Made by a program: the position numbers and the translations under genes
The notes under the pieces: generated by a model
Database searches by the model: none
What the model was told of the DNA's origin: nothing
What the model saw: only the letters and a program-made list of their open reading frames with translations
Shown: positions 25,779-34,179 of the stretch, piece by piece
How the letters are laid out: the number at the start of each line of letters is the position of its first letter
How positions within the stretch are numbered: position 1 is the stretch's first letter
IMG/VR virus record: IMGVR_UViG_3300045988_105434
Source of the DNA: a virus
DNA: 39,376 nucleotides
Reading direction: 5' to 3' (one strand)

Positions 25779-28591
25779 GCCAGTATGTATTGAGCGCTAC
25801 GCTCGAGATGCGGGATAAGATGACGGCTGCCATCAAGACCGCGAAGAAAAACGTCTCCGGGTTTAAAACTTCTGTAGTGGGTTCGCTGTCGGCGGTCGAC
25901 CGGCTGACGACGGCCAATGGCAGACTGGCGGCATCCGCTGTCAAGTCTGCGGCCGAAATCAAGAAGACCGCCAGCGCACTTTCTGGGATCAAGGGAAATC
26001 ATCGGGCGGCAGTATCCGTGACGGATAAGGCAACGCCTGCGATTACCCGGATCAGGAACCAGATGAACAGTATCCGTTCGAAAGAGGTAGCTATTAACCT
26101 AGTACAGAAGAGCGGCAAGCTGAAAAACAGTCTTGATGGGCTTGCTTCTGGCATGCTTATGAATACTTCGCTGCAGATGCTTGGCGGTGCGGGAGTCGGC
26201 TTTGGTATTTATAATACTGTGAAAAGCTACATGGACTTCGAGCAGACTATGTCCGGCGTCAAGGCGATTTCCGGTGCTACAGACGAAGAATTTCAGAAGC
26301 TCACGGCGTCTGCTTTGGAGATGGGGGCGAAAACGAAATTCACCACGACGGAGGCGGCGCAGGCGCTCACTTATATGGGCATGGCGGGCTGGAAGACTGA
26401 GGAAATGATCGGCGGTCTTCCTGGCATCATGAATCTGGCTGCCGCCTCTGGCGAAGACCTGGCTTCGGTATCAGACATCGTAACGGACGCTATGACGTCT
26501 TTTAAAATGGGGGCCGATGAAGCGGGGGAATTCGCTGACGTGCTCGCTGCAGCGGCTGCCAATTCTAATACCAATGTCGGAAAGATGGGTTACACGTTCA
26601 AGTATGTAGCGCCGCTTGCGGGGGCTCTTGGCTATAACATTCAGGACACGGCGCTCGCTATTGGTGCAATGGCAGACAGCGGCGTTAAAGGGGAACAGGC
26701 CGGCACGTCGCTTCGTGCACTGATGACTCGTCTGGTATCGCCGACAAAAGACGTGAAAGAAGCGATGGCGACACTGAGCCAGCACATCGACGGCGGGTTC
26801 TCTGCTATCGACACGGCAACAGGGAAGATGAAACCGCTCCAAAAGATTTTGCTGGATTTGCGAAAAGGGTTCAAAGGCCTCGACGAAGCCACGCAGGGAA
26901 AAGTTGCCTCTGATCTTGCCGGGCAGGAAGCCATGTCCGGTTTATTGGCTATCGTCAACGAATCAGATGACAAGTTTGAACGGCTGACGAAAGCCATCGA
27001 CGGTTCACGCGGTGCCGCGGATAAGATGGCAAAAACTCGCCTGGATAATTTGGCGGGCGATCTGACCTATCTTTCAAGCGCATGGGACGGGCTGACGAAA
27101 AACCTGCTGAGTGGCCACGTATCTAGCGGCCTTCGCGATTTGGCGCAGGAGAGTACGAAGCTCTTAAATCGGTTCAATGAAAATATCAAGGACGGGCTGG
27201 ATTTTGGTGACGTATTTGATATAGTCGGGACTCTCGTCGTCGATCTGAAGAACAAGTTCCTGCAGCTTGATGGCGTAGGCTCCGTTCTAGCCGGCGGGGT
27301 GCTGGCCGGGGCGCTCTATAAGATCGCAAAGTTGACGAAGAACGGCGTCGATGCTGTCTCCAGTGTGCTGCATCCTAAGACTGGCGGCATTGCCGGTGGC
27401 AGGAACGGTGCATTAAATGATATGGTGGTGTCTGCCAACACAGTTATCGTCAATGGTACGGTAAGCTCTGGCGGCACAGGCATCGGCGGAGCTGGCTCTA
27501 TCCCCGGTACAAAAGCGGATGGGAAGATTGATGCAGGGAAAGCCGCCCGGTACGGAAAAATCTTCGGACGCGTCATGATGGGCGCTGCTCTTGCCACTTC
27601 TGCTTACGAGGTCTACCGTGCAGCGCCGGAAGAACGTGGTGCTGCAACCCTAAAGGCGGGCGGCTCACTTGCCGGCATGTATGCTGGTTCCAAAGCTGGC
27701 GCGCTGGCCGGCGGGGCCATCGGAGGTGCTTTCGGCGGCATAGGGGCCGTTCCCGGCGCGCTGATAGGCTCGATTATCGGTGGACTGGGTGGCAGCGTTT
27801 TCGGCAACTATATCGGGAACGGTCTTGCTAATGGAACTTTTGGTGCAGGCCGTCTGCAGTCTATGAAGGAAGCGACCATGTATCGGGACAATGCGTCTCG
27901 CGGTATGACCTACGAGGACTATGACGACATCACTAAAATCATGGAGCAGGCAACGGAAGAACGCTCGAAGGTGATCGGAGACTTGTGGAATAACGTCTGG
28001 GACGGACTCAAGGCGCACGGACAGGAAGCTGTCGAGTCCATCAAAGGACAGTGGAGCGATGCAGCGGGCTGGTATGACGCTTCCGTCTGGGATCCTATTG
28101 ACGCCAGCGCAGGGACTACGGGAGCTGACATCGGATCCGCGTTTACGGATGCGTGGAGCTCAGTGCAGGGTGCATGGAGCGGCGCAGCAGCATGGTTTGA
28201 AGCAAACGTCATGGCACCGATTTCCTCTAAAATTTTGCAGATTTCCGCCAGTGCTATGAGTCATTACTCTTTTGGAAGCGATGGCGCTGTGCGAGTCGGT
28301 GACAGCGTGCCGATGGACGCCGTAGGGGATATGCATTTCTCTGGCGGTTTGGCACAAATCAATGAACACGGCGGCGAACTCATCGACCTGCCGCAGGGCA
28401 GCCGGATCTATCCGGCGGGGAAAACAGCACAGATCATTTCCCGTGAAGTACAGAATTCGACCGCATCTGGGAACTCTGTCATGGTTACGGGAAATACGTT
28501 CGTTGTGAGAAATGAAGCCGATATGGACAAAATCGCTTATACAATCATGAGAGCCCTCGAACAGGGCTATGCAAACTACGGAGGTGCGTAA
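25775..28591 (+). CDS. Tail tape measure protein
   Basis: 938 aa. TP901-type core (KFTTTEAAQALTYMGMAGWKTEEM...), a Gly-zipper segment, and the canonical position. Confidence 0.9.
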   Translation: MSQYVLSATLEMRDKMTAAIKTAKKNVSGFKTSVVGSLSAVDRLTTANGRLAASAVKSAAEIKKTASALSGIKGNHRAAVSVTDKATPAITRIRNQMNSIRSKEVAINLVQKSGKLKNSLDGLASGMLMNTSLQMLGGAGVGFGIYNTVKSYMDFEQTMSGVKAISGATDEEFQKLTASALEMGAKTKFTTTEAAQALTYMGMAGWKTEEMIGGLPGIMNLAAASGEDLASVSDIVTDAMTSFKMGADEAGEFADVLAAAAANSNTNVGKMGYTFKYVAPLAGALGYNIQDTALAIGAMADSGVKGEQAGTSLRALMTRLVSPTKDVKEAMATLSQHIDGGFSAIDTATGKMKPLQKILLDLRKGFKGLDEATQGKVASDLAGQEAMSGLLAIVNESDDKFERLTKAIDGSRGAADKMAKTRLDNLAGDLTYLSSAWDGLTKNLLSGHVSSGLRDLAQESTKLLNRFNENIKDGLDFGDVFDIVGTLVVDLKNKFLQLDGVGSVLAGGVLAGALYKIAKLTKNGVDAVSSVLHPKTGGIAGGRNGALNDMVVSANTVIVNGTVSSGGTGIGGAGSIPGTKADGKIDAGKAARYGKIFGRVMMGAALATSAYEVYRAAPEERGAATLKAGGSLAGMYAGSKAGALAGGAIGGAFGGIGAVPGALIGSIIGGLGGSVFGNYIGNGLANGTFGAGRLQSMKEATMYRDNASRGMTYEDYDDITKIMEQATEERSKVIGDLWNNVWDGLKAHGQEAVESIKGQWSDAAGWYDASVWDPIDASAGTTGADIGSAFTDAWSSVQGAWSGAAAWFEANVMAPISSKILQISASAMSHYSFGSDGAVRVGDSVPMDAVGDMHFSGGLAQINEHGGELIDLPQGSRIYPAGKTAQIISREVQNSTASGNSVMVTGNTFVVRNEADMDKIAYTIMRALEQGYANYGGA

Positions 28592-29298
28592 TGAAAGCAT
28601 GGGGAGCACTTGGTACCGCGTTAAATATCGCCTCCGCAATCTTAGGTGGAGGCAGCTCGAAGCGGCAGATCATTCTTTCTTGTGAAACAGAAAAAGTCAC
28701 GCTGCCTGTTACGCCGCGTGTATACGAGGTATCTACCGGGCAGGGGAATAAGGTTGTCAACGTCGAGCAGGTAGGTGAGGCACTCGTCTTTGGGCTGCCT
28801 CAGGCGCAACGGATTTCTTTCCAGTGTTTTTTCCCAGCTTCGGTACATGACTACCCCTTCGTAGTTGGGGATGCCCTCGAACCGTCTTTTTTCGTCGAAA
28901 AACTAAGGAAGTGGAAGGAAAGCAGAAAGCCTGTCAGAATCATTATCACTGATTCGCCGGTCAATCTTATGACCGGTATCATGAAATTCGATTACAAAGA
29001 ACAGGATGGAAGTCGGGATATCTACTACGCTTTGACTCTCACTGAGTACAAAGATCTGAATACGCCACTTGCCAACAACAATAAGCAGGTAGATAAGACC
29101 ACGGGCTTGAAAGACAGACCATCGCCAGACAAAAAAGCAGATTCGGCAGCTAAACTGAAAAAGGCGAAGGATGTGGTGGACGTGGCCAAGAAATGCTACG
29201 GGCAGGCCAACAAATGGCGTCGTATTGCCCAAAGCAATGATCTGAAAGATTTGGCTATCAATAACGCTGATAAGATTGGCAGGTTGATCATCAAATGA
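28591..29298 (+). CDS. XkdP-like tail protein with a C-terminal LysM
   Basis: LysM-like C-terminus CYGQANKWRRIAQSNDLKDLAINNADKIGRLII. Sits after the TMP. Confidence 0.65.
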   Translation: MKAWGALGTALNIASAILGGGSSKRQIILSCETEKVTLPVTPRVYEVSTGQGNKVVNVEQVGEALVFGLPQAQRISFQCFFPASVHDYPFVVGDALEPSFFVEKLRKWKESRKPVRIIITDSPVNLMTGIMKFDYKEQDGSRDIYYALTLTEYKDLNTPLANNNKQVDKTTGLKDRPSPDKKADSAAKLKKAKDVVDVAKKCYGQANKWRRIAQSNDLKDLAINNADKIGRLIIK

Positions 29299-30293
29299 TT
29301 GTCAAGCACGAATACATAACGACTGATAGTGATGGGAAAAAGACTCAGCATGTAGATGACATCACGCAGCTAATCAGCCGCATCGAGTGGTCCGGGTCCC
29401 GTTTGCAGGCTGCACGGCGCCTTGCCTTTGATGTGGTACAGGACTATCGAGATCCTAACCTACCTAATCATCCATTGGATAATGGCGATACGGTATATGG
29501 GTACGATGAGGACGGCACGCTTCGATTCCATGGGAATATATTTCATCTGGAGCGGGACGTGCAGGCGTCCAAAGTCTCTGTCACTGCCTATGACAATTTG
29601 TTTATCCTAAATAAAAGCAAAACTACACGTAAATTTACAGACATGACTCCTGAAAGCATCACAGAGTCGGTTTGTAATGAACTGGGAATCGAAACGGGCA
29701 ATATCCTTGCTACAGGGACGCCCGTTTCTTTCATTGCTGTCAGGAAATCTGGCTATCAGATTATTCTCATGGCGTATACCGAGGCGGCGAAGCAAACAAA
29801 GAAGAAATATGCCCTGCTGATGAATGGCAGTAAGCTGGATGTAGTCGAAAAGGGAACTCTCATCGAGGACTACGAAGCCAATGGATATACCAATGTATTG
29901 AATGAACGGTTTGCCGAAAGCATTGAAAACATGGTGAATCAGGTCGTGATCACTGATGCAGAGGGGAATGCCACCGGCTATCAATCCGAAGATGACCAAA
30001 TCAAAAAATATGGCTTGATACAGGATGTATATAAGACCAATCCAAAAGCCAATGCGCAGCAGGAAATCGAATCGTTGCTAAAAGGCCCTGATAGAACCGG
30101 CACCTTAGATATGCTGGGTGATTATCGGGTGGTAGCCCCCTATTCCATTGCCGTGCAGGAGCAATATTTCAAAGGCCAGTTTTGGATCAAGAGTGATAGC
30201 CATATCTTTGAGAATGGTATGCACACCATGAAGCTGGAACTGGAATTTGAAAACATTATGACCAAAGAGGAGGCGGGAGCCAATGGCGGATAA
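29295..30293 (+). CDS. XkdQ-like baseplate hub/late control D-like protein
   Basis: 332 aa; position within the Xkd P-Q-R-S-T-U order. Confidence 0.55.
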   Translation: MIVKHEYITTDSDGKKTQHVDDITQLISRIEWSGSRLQAARRLAFDVVQDYRDPNLPNHPLDNGDTVYGYDEDGTLRFHGNIFHLERDVQASKVSVTAYDNLFILNKSKTTRKFTDMTPESITESVCNELGIETGNILATGTPVSFIAVRKSGYQIILMAYTEAAKQTKKKYALLMNGSKLDVVEKGTLIEDYEANGYTNVLNERFAESIENMVNQVVITDAEGNATGYQSEDDQIKKYGLIQDVYKTNPKANAQQEIESLLKGPDRTGTLDMLGDYRVVAPYSIAVQEQYFKGQFWIKSDSHIFENGMHTMKLELEFENIMTKEEAGANGG

Positions 30294-30693
30294 AATTCCA
30301 ACTATCGAGCAGTCGGCCAATCGCATGATCGGGTTGATGCACCAGGCAGGGAAAGACGAGCAGGTGCAAATGGCTCAGATGGGTATCGTGCGATCGCCGC
30401 CTCCCGATATCGCTATTGATGTCAACACTATCCAGCTCCATAAGGAAGATGTTTATATCTCCAGATACCTCATGCCCGGTTATACCAGGCACATGGTAGG
30501 CGAGACGTCCTATCGTGGCGGTGGTGGCGGTTATGCGGAATACGCCAGCCACAATCATCCTATTGATAACGATGAGACATGGACGGATACGCTAAAGCCG
30601 GGAACTATCGTCCTGGTGATACCTTTGGAAGGTTCAAAGAATCTAGAAGGAAATCAGCTATATTGGATAGCAGATAGTGGGGTGAAACTATGA
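30283..30693 (+). CDS. XkdR-like (DUF2577) baseplate protein
   Basis: 136 aa; position. Confidence 0.5.
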   Translation: MADKIPTIEQSANRMIGLMHQAGKDEQVQMAQMGIVRSPPPDIAIDVNTIQLHKEDVYISRYLMPGYTRHMVGETSYRGGGGGYAEYASHNHPIDNDETWTDTLKPGTIVLVIPLEGSKNLEGNQLYWIADSGVKL

Positions 30694-31121
30694 GTGAAGC
30701 GTTCCCTTTTGTCGGTGCCAGCGAGGCTTTGATTCAGGCTTCCTCTGATACGCAGGATCTACCGTTATTTAAAGAATTCGCATGGGATTTTGAAAAGAAT
30801 TGTTTTCTGTATGACAAATCGGGGAAGCATATCCTGCTAGAAGGCACCGAGGCTATCAAGATATGGGTATATAAAGCATTGGCCACAGAACGCTATACAT
30901 ACCTTGCTTATTCGTGGCAGTACGGTATTGAAATCAAGCCATTTATAGGATTGGTGATGGGAGTACAGGAACGAATCAGCGAGCTGAAACGAATGATTGC
31001 GGAATGCCTTATGGTAAATCCCTACATTCTATCCATCAATGATATTTCATTTTCACAGGAAGGGCGAAAGGCGACAGTAACGATTGACCTGACAACGGTC
31101 TATGGGGAGGTGAGTGCGTAA
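30690..31121 (+). CDS. XkdS-like (DUF2634, gp25/W-like) baseplate wedge protein
   Basis: LEGTEAIKIWVYKALATERYTYLAYSWQYGIEIKPFIG pattern. Confidence 0.65.
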   Translation: MSEAFPFVGASEALIQASSDTQDLPLFKEFAWDFEKNCFLYDKSGKHILLEGTEAIKIWVYKALATERYTYLAYSWQYGIEIKPFIGLVMGVQERISELKRMIAECLMVNPYILSINDISFSQEGRKATVTIDLTTVYGEVSA

Positions 31122-32176
31122 TGTATGTAGCTAGAGATCAGAACGAAATCCTGCAGGAATTGCAAAGACAAAGCGGGATTGAAGCGTCGAAAATCGAAGG
31201 AACCTTTGAAAATGATGTGTTGGCGTCCAATAGCTTTGAGTTTTCGAAGAGCGAAGTCGAAATTGAGCAGCTCTATAAGGCCGCCTTTGCGGATACATCA
31301 TGGGGTGAATACTTGACGCTTCGAGCCGCGGAGTTCGGCATTGATAGGAAGCCGGCTGTTAGAGCCATCGGGGCACTGACTATCACCGGTACCAAAGGTA
31401 TCATCGTCCCGCAGGGCTCCGTATTTTCAACCGACAATAATGTATATTTTACGACTGATGCAGCATGTACCATTGCTGATAACGGGACCGTGGATGTAAA
31501 AATCACGGCGCAGATCGCTGGCACTTCGGGTAATGTGGGGGCCAACACCATCGACAAGATCCCTATGAGTATTCCCGGGGTGTCGAAAGTCATCAATAAG
31601 GATGCTACCCACGATGGGTTTGAAGAGGAAACAGACGAATCTCTCTTGAAACGGTACTTGGTACATGTCAGAACGCCTGCCACGTCGGGAAATGTGATGC
31701 ATTATAAGGAATGGGCCCTCTCCGTAGCTGGTGTGGGGGATGTGAAAGTCATTCCCCTATGGAACGGCAATGGCACGGTCAAGGTGCTTGTTACCGACGT
31801 CAATAAAAATGCAGCCAGTCAGGAACTGCAGAAAAAGGTGGCTGATTATATCGAGACGGTACGGCCCATCGGTGCCACTGTGACCGTAACGGCGCCGGCA
31901 TATCTCAATATCAACGTGACGGCTAACGTAAAGGTCAATCAGGAATATTTACAGGATTATGCGTCTGTGCTGAAAAATACACTGGATGCGTACTTGGTAG
32001 ATAGTGGATTTGATAGTGATTATGTATCCATTGCCCAAGTCGGTAAGGTACTGCTTAATAGTGGTGCTATTTCAGACTATGACTCACTAAAAATCAATGG
32101 TGGTATCAGCAATGTAAGAATTCCATCAGGATACCTGCCTAGAGCCGGCACTATGGGGGTGACTAGGGTTGACTAG
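31121..32176 (+). CDS. Baseplate J-like protein (XkdT-like)
   Basis: WGEYLTLRAAEFGIDRKPAVRAIGALTITGTKG pattern; 351 aa. Confidence 0.8.
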   Translation: MYVARDQNEILQELQRQSGIEASKIEGTFENDVLASNSFEFSKSEVEIEQLYKAAFADTSWGEYLTLRAAEFGIDRKPAVRAIGALTITGTKGIIVPQGSVFSTDNNVYFTTDAACTIADNGTVDVKITAQIAGTSGNVGANTIDKIPMSIPGVSKVINKDATHDGFEEETDESLLKRYLVHVRTPATSGNVMHYKEWALSVAGVGDVKVIPLWNGNGTVKVLVTDVNKNAASQELQKKVADYIETVRPIGATVTVTAPAYLNINVTANVKVNQEYLQDYASVLKNTLDAYLVDSGFDSDYVSIAQVGKVLLNSGAISDYDSLKINGGISNVRIPSGYLPRAGTMGVTRVD

Positions 32177-32708
32177 ACTACTAAGGTCATCTGACAAAAT
32201 AGATATCACGCAGTACTTGCCGCCTTTTTTAAAAAAAGATCCTCATTTCCGTGCAGTATGTGAGGCGTGTTCATGGGAGCATGAAAACATCCGTAATGCT
32301 ATTCTCGATGCGCTGAATCAGTTTTTCGTCGAGAAAGCGACTTGGGGACTATCCATGTGGGAACGAGTGCTGGACCTGCACCCTAGCCCGGAAGATACTT
32401 ATGAACAACGGCGCAAAAAAGTGCTGGTTAAGCTGCAAGGTACGCAAACCAGCACGGTATCTTTTTTGGGGAAATTGGTGAATGCCTACGGATATGGATA
32501 CATCGAGGAACATAACGACAAGTACTATTTCAATATCTACACTACATCCACAAATACAGAGGATTTGAAACAGATGCAGAATACAATCATCTATTACAAG
32601 CCGGCACATTTGGGACTCAATGTGTATCTAGGCTTTTCATGGAATGGAAAAATCCAATTTGATGGGAAATATACCTATGGTTCGTCCATTACTAAATGGG
32701 AGGAATAG
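32169..32708 (+). CDS. XkdU-like (DUF2313, P2 gpI-like) tail protein
   Basis: TTG start. QYLPPFL...ATWGLSMWERVLDL...EQRRKKV pattern. Confidence 0.65.
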   Translation: MTRLLRSSDKIDITQYLPPFLKKDPHFRAVCEACSWEHENIRNAILDALNQFFVEKATWGLSMWERVLDLHPSPEDTYEQRRKKVLVKLQGTQTSTVSFLGKLVNAYGYGYIEEHNDKYYFNIYTTSTNTEDLKQMQNTIIYYKPAHLGLNVYLGFSWNGKIQFDGKYTYGSSITKWEE

Positions 32709-32710
32709 AC

Positions 32711-33583
32711 ATGGCAAAATATCTTGATAAATGGAAAACTGATTTTCCCGCTTCGGTGGGGAATGTGACAAGACCAACAGACGGAATCGATGATACTCTT
32801 GACTTCAATTCCGACGGATTTCCGCAGCGAATCTCATCTGATCCGGTTCATTATAAACTGGAAAACGATATGGCAAGTCAGCTCTTCTCTAACGATGCCC
32901 GATTGAAAGAAGCTATTGATGCTAACAAAGCAGCCGGAGATGATACGCTTGCAAATCATAACAAAAGCGCCCAATCCCATGCTACTGGCATTGCGGGAAA
33001 TGCAGCATCTGCCACTAAGCTGAAAACGGCTAGACGCATCAACGTTATTGGAGATTGTCTGACGGGCAAGGCTGCTTCTTTTGATGGAAGTGATGATGCT
33101 GATATCGAAGTTGCTTTAACTACTGCACTAAAAGCATTAGGCAGACTCAGTCCATCAGTTGATAAATTACCTTACTTCACAGGAGCGAACGCAGCATCTC
33201 TTGCCAGTCTGTCAGAATTCATGCGCGGCGTACTTGGTAAAGCGACGGCAGCAGAAGTGCGTACGGCTATTGGGGCTATCAATGAGCCTGGTGTTGGGGT
33301 TATTGCAGGCAATGTGCCAAGCGCTAATGCATGGTGGGTGAAGCTTAGCGGCGCGGTGCCGCTAATTATCCAAGGGGGATATAACGAGACACAAGTTAAT
33401 CATACTCGAACTGTTACTTACCCGATTGGGTACTCAGGAATACTAGGAGTATTGATTACAGAAATTTCTTACCGAGCAGATTCGGATTGGGGAGAACTTA
33501 CTCAAATGCCGAACAATACAAACTTCACATACTATCAAAATGGCAGAAGTACCGGTTCATTTTGGTATTCTATTGGTATCTGA
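32711..33583 (+). CDS. Tail fibre protein, currently expressed allele with a switchable C-terminal tip
   Basis: Mu/P2-type fibre motif SATKLKTARRINVIGDCLTGKAASFDGSDDADIEV. ATG at 32711 follows GGGAGGAA; the track starts at 32696. The C-terminal 67 aa after ...IIQGG are homologous to the two inverted cassettes downstream. Confidence 0.85.
   Translation: MAKYLDKWKTDFPASVGNVTRPTDGIDDTLDFNSDGFPQRISSDPVHYKLENDMASQLFSNDARLKEAIDANKAAGDDTLANHNKSAQSHATGIAGNAASATKLKTARRINVIGDCLTGKAASFDGSDDADIEVALTTALKALGRLSPSVDKLPYFTGANAASLASLSEFMRGVLGKATAAEVRTAIGAINEPGVGVIAGNVPSANAWWVKLSGAVPLIIQGGYNETQVNHTRTVTYPIGYSGILGVLITEISYRADSDWGELTQMPNNTNFTYYQNGRSTGSFWYSIGI
33369..33382 (+). repeat. Inversion site A inside the fibre gene (TCCAAGGGGGATAT)
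   Basis: Encodes I-Q-G-G-Y. A perfect inverted copy lies at 33987-34000 and the 10-nt core recurs inverted at 33797-33806. Has internal dyad TATCC-AAGGG-GGATA. Confidence 0.8.
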
Positions 33584-33806
33584 TTAGATACCTACCGCCA
33601 GCCAAAATTGCTGATGCTCCATATCAAATCCTGCATAAAACACAAATCTCGTAGTTGTATAAGATTTGATGACATCAAGACCACGTCCGGAAGAGTTAGT
33701 ATTATTAACATAGGCGGCGTGCAAGATATTAAATACCCAGCTAAATGCGACTGGATATGTAATAGTCACGTCCGCGCGGCGACTGCTGCCGATAATTCCC
33801 CCTTGG
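33584..33806 (-). other. Silent tail-fibre C-terminal cassette 1 (no start codon or RBS)
   Basis: Minus-strand reading from the core gives QGG-IIGSSRRADVTITYPVAFSWVFNILHAAYVNNTNSSGRGLDVIKSYTTTRFVFYAGFDMEHQQFWLAVGI*. The expressed tip reads QGG-YNETQVNHTRTVTYPIGYSG...SFWYSIGI*. Confidence 0.8.
33797..33806 (-). repeat. Inversion site B (inverted core CCAAGGGGGA)
   Basis: The plus strand reads tcccccttgg. The caa-ggg-gga phase is the same as at site A. Confidence 0.7.
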
Positions 33807-34000
33807 TTAGTAGCCTATCGCTATGTAATGCGCATAACGATCTCTATATCTTTGGAATAAATAAAAATTGGTGGAGGTGTATTCATAGGTTTGTGCAGCT
33901 TCTTCATCGCCTCGTGCTAGTGATGCAACCACAGATAAACAGTTTTGAAAAGAAATCGCAAAAGTAACGGTACTCTGAACCTTATGATATCCCCCTTGGA
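33807..34000 (-). other. Silent tail-fibre C-terminal cassette 2 (no start codon or RBS)
   Basis: Minus-strand reading gives QGG-YHKVQSTVTFAISFQNCLSVVASLARGDEEAAQTYEYTSTNFYLFQRYRDRYAHYIAIGY*. The stop at compl(33807-33809) abuts site B. Confidence 0.8.
33987..34000 (-). repeat. Inversion site C (perfect 14-nt inverted copy of site A)
   Basis: The plus strand reads atatcccccttgga, the reverse complement of TCCAAGGGGGATAT. Confidence 0.8.
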
Positions 34001-34152
34001 GAAAAGCGAATTTTCAATGAGTTGAAAACATCCGATAAACTCAGAATATTCGATACTATCGATATGGAATAAAATGCAATAATCGGCACAAATCTAAGTA
34101 ACGAAAAAGTATCACGATACATACAATACTCGCGGTACTTTTCAAATTGGGC

Positions 34153-34170
34153 AATTCTTTGGTTAGTAGC
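34153..34170 (-). repeat. Degenerate copy of the site B junction (aattc-t-ttggttagtagc)
   Basis: ttggttagtagc (34159-34170) is identical to 33803-33814, and the aattc flank is also shared. The C-run of the core is reduced from ccccc to ct. Confidence 0.5.
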
Positions 34171-34179
34171 AGGTTAGCA

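Noticed and set aside
33575-33592. Palindrome GGTATCTGATTAGATACC at the fibre/cassette 1 convergence, considered as a terminator or extra recombination site
   Set aside because: It arises simply because both convergent frames end in Gly-Ile-stop. The stem is only 7 bp, there is no U-tract, and no further copies exist.
33584-33769. The track's 61-aa minus-strand ORF treated as an independent small gene
   Set aside because: Its 'start' is an internal GTG with no RBS. The frame stays open upstream to the CCAAGGGGGA core and the sequence is homologous to the fibre C-terminus. It is better explained as part of silent cassette 1.
33608-33967. 119-aa plus-strand ORF across the silent cassette region
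   Set aside because: It lies antisense to the two cassettes, whose minus-strand translations align with the expressed fibre tip. It has no RBS or motif.
32711-34000. A diversity-generating retroelement as the source of fibre-tip variation
   Set aside because: The genome has no reverse transcriptase and no template/variable repeat pair with adenine-specific differences. The variation is organised as discrete inverted cassettes instead.
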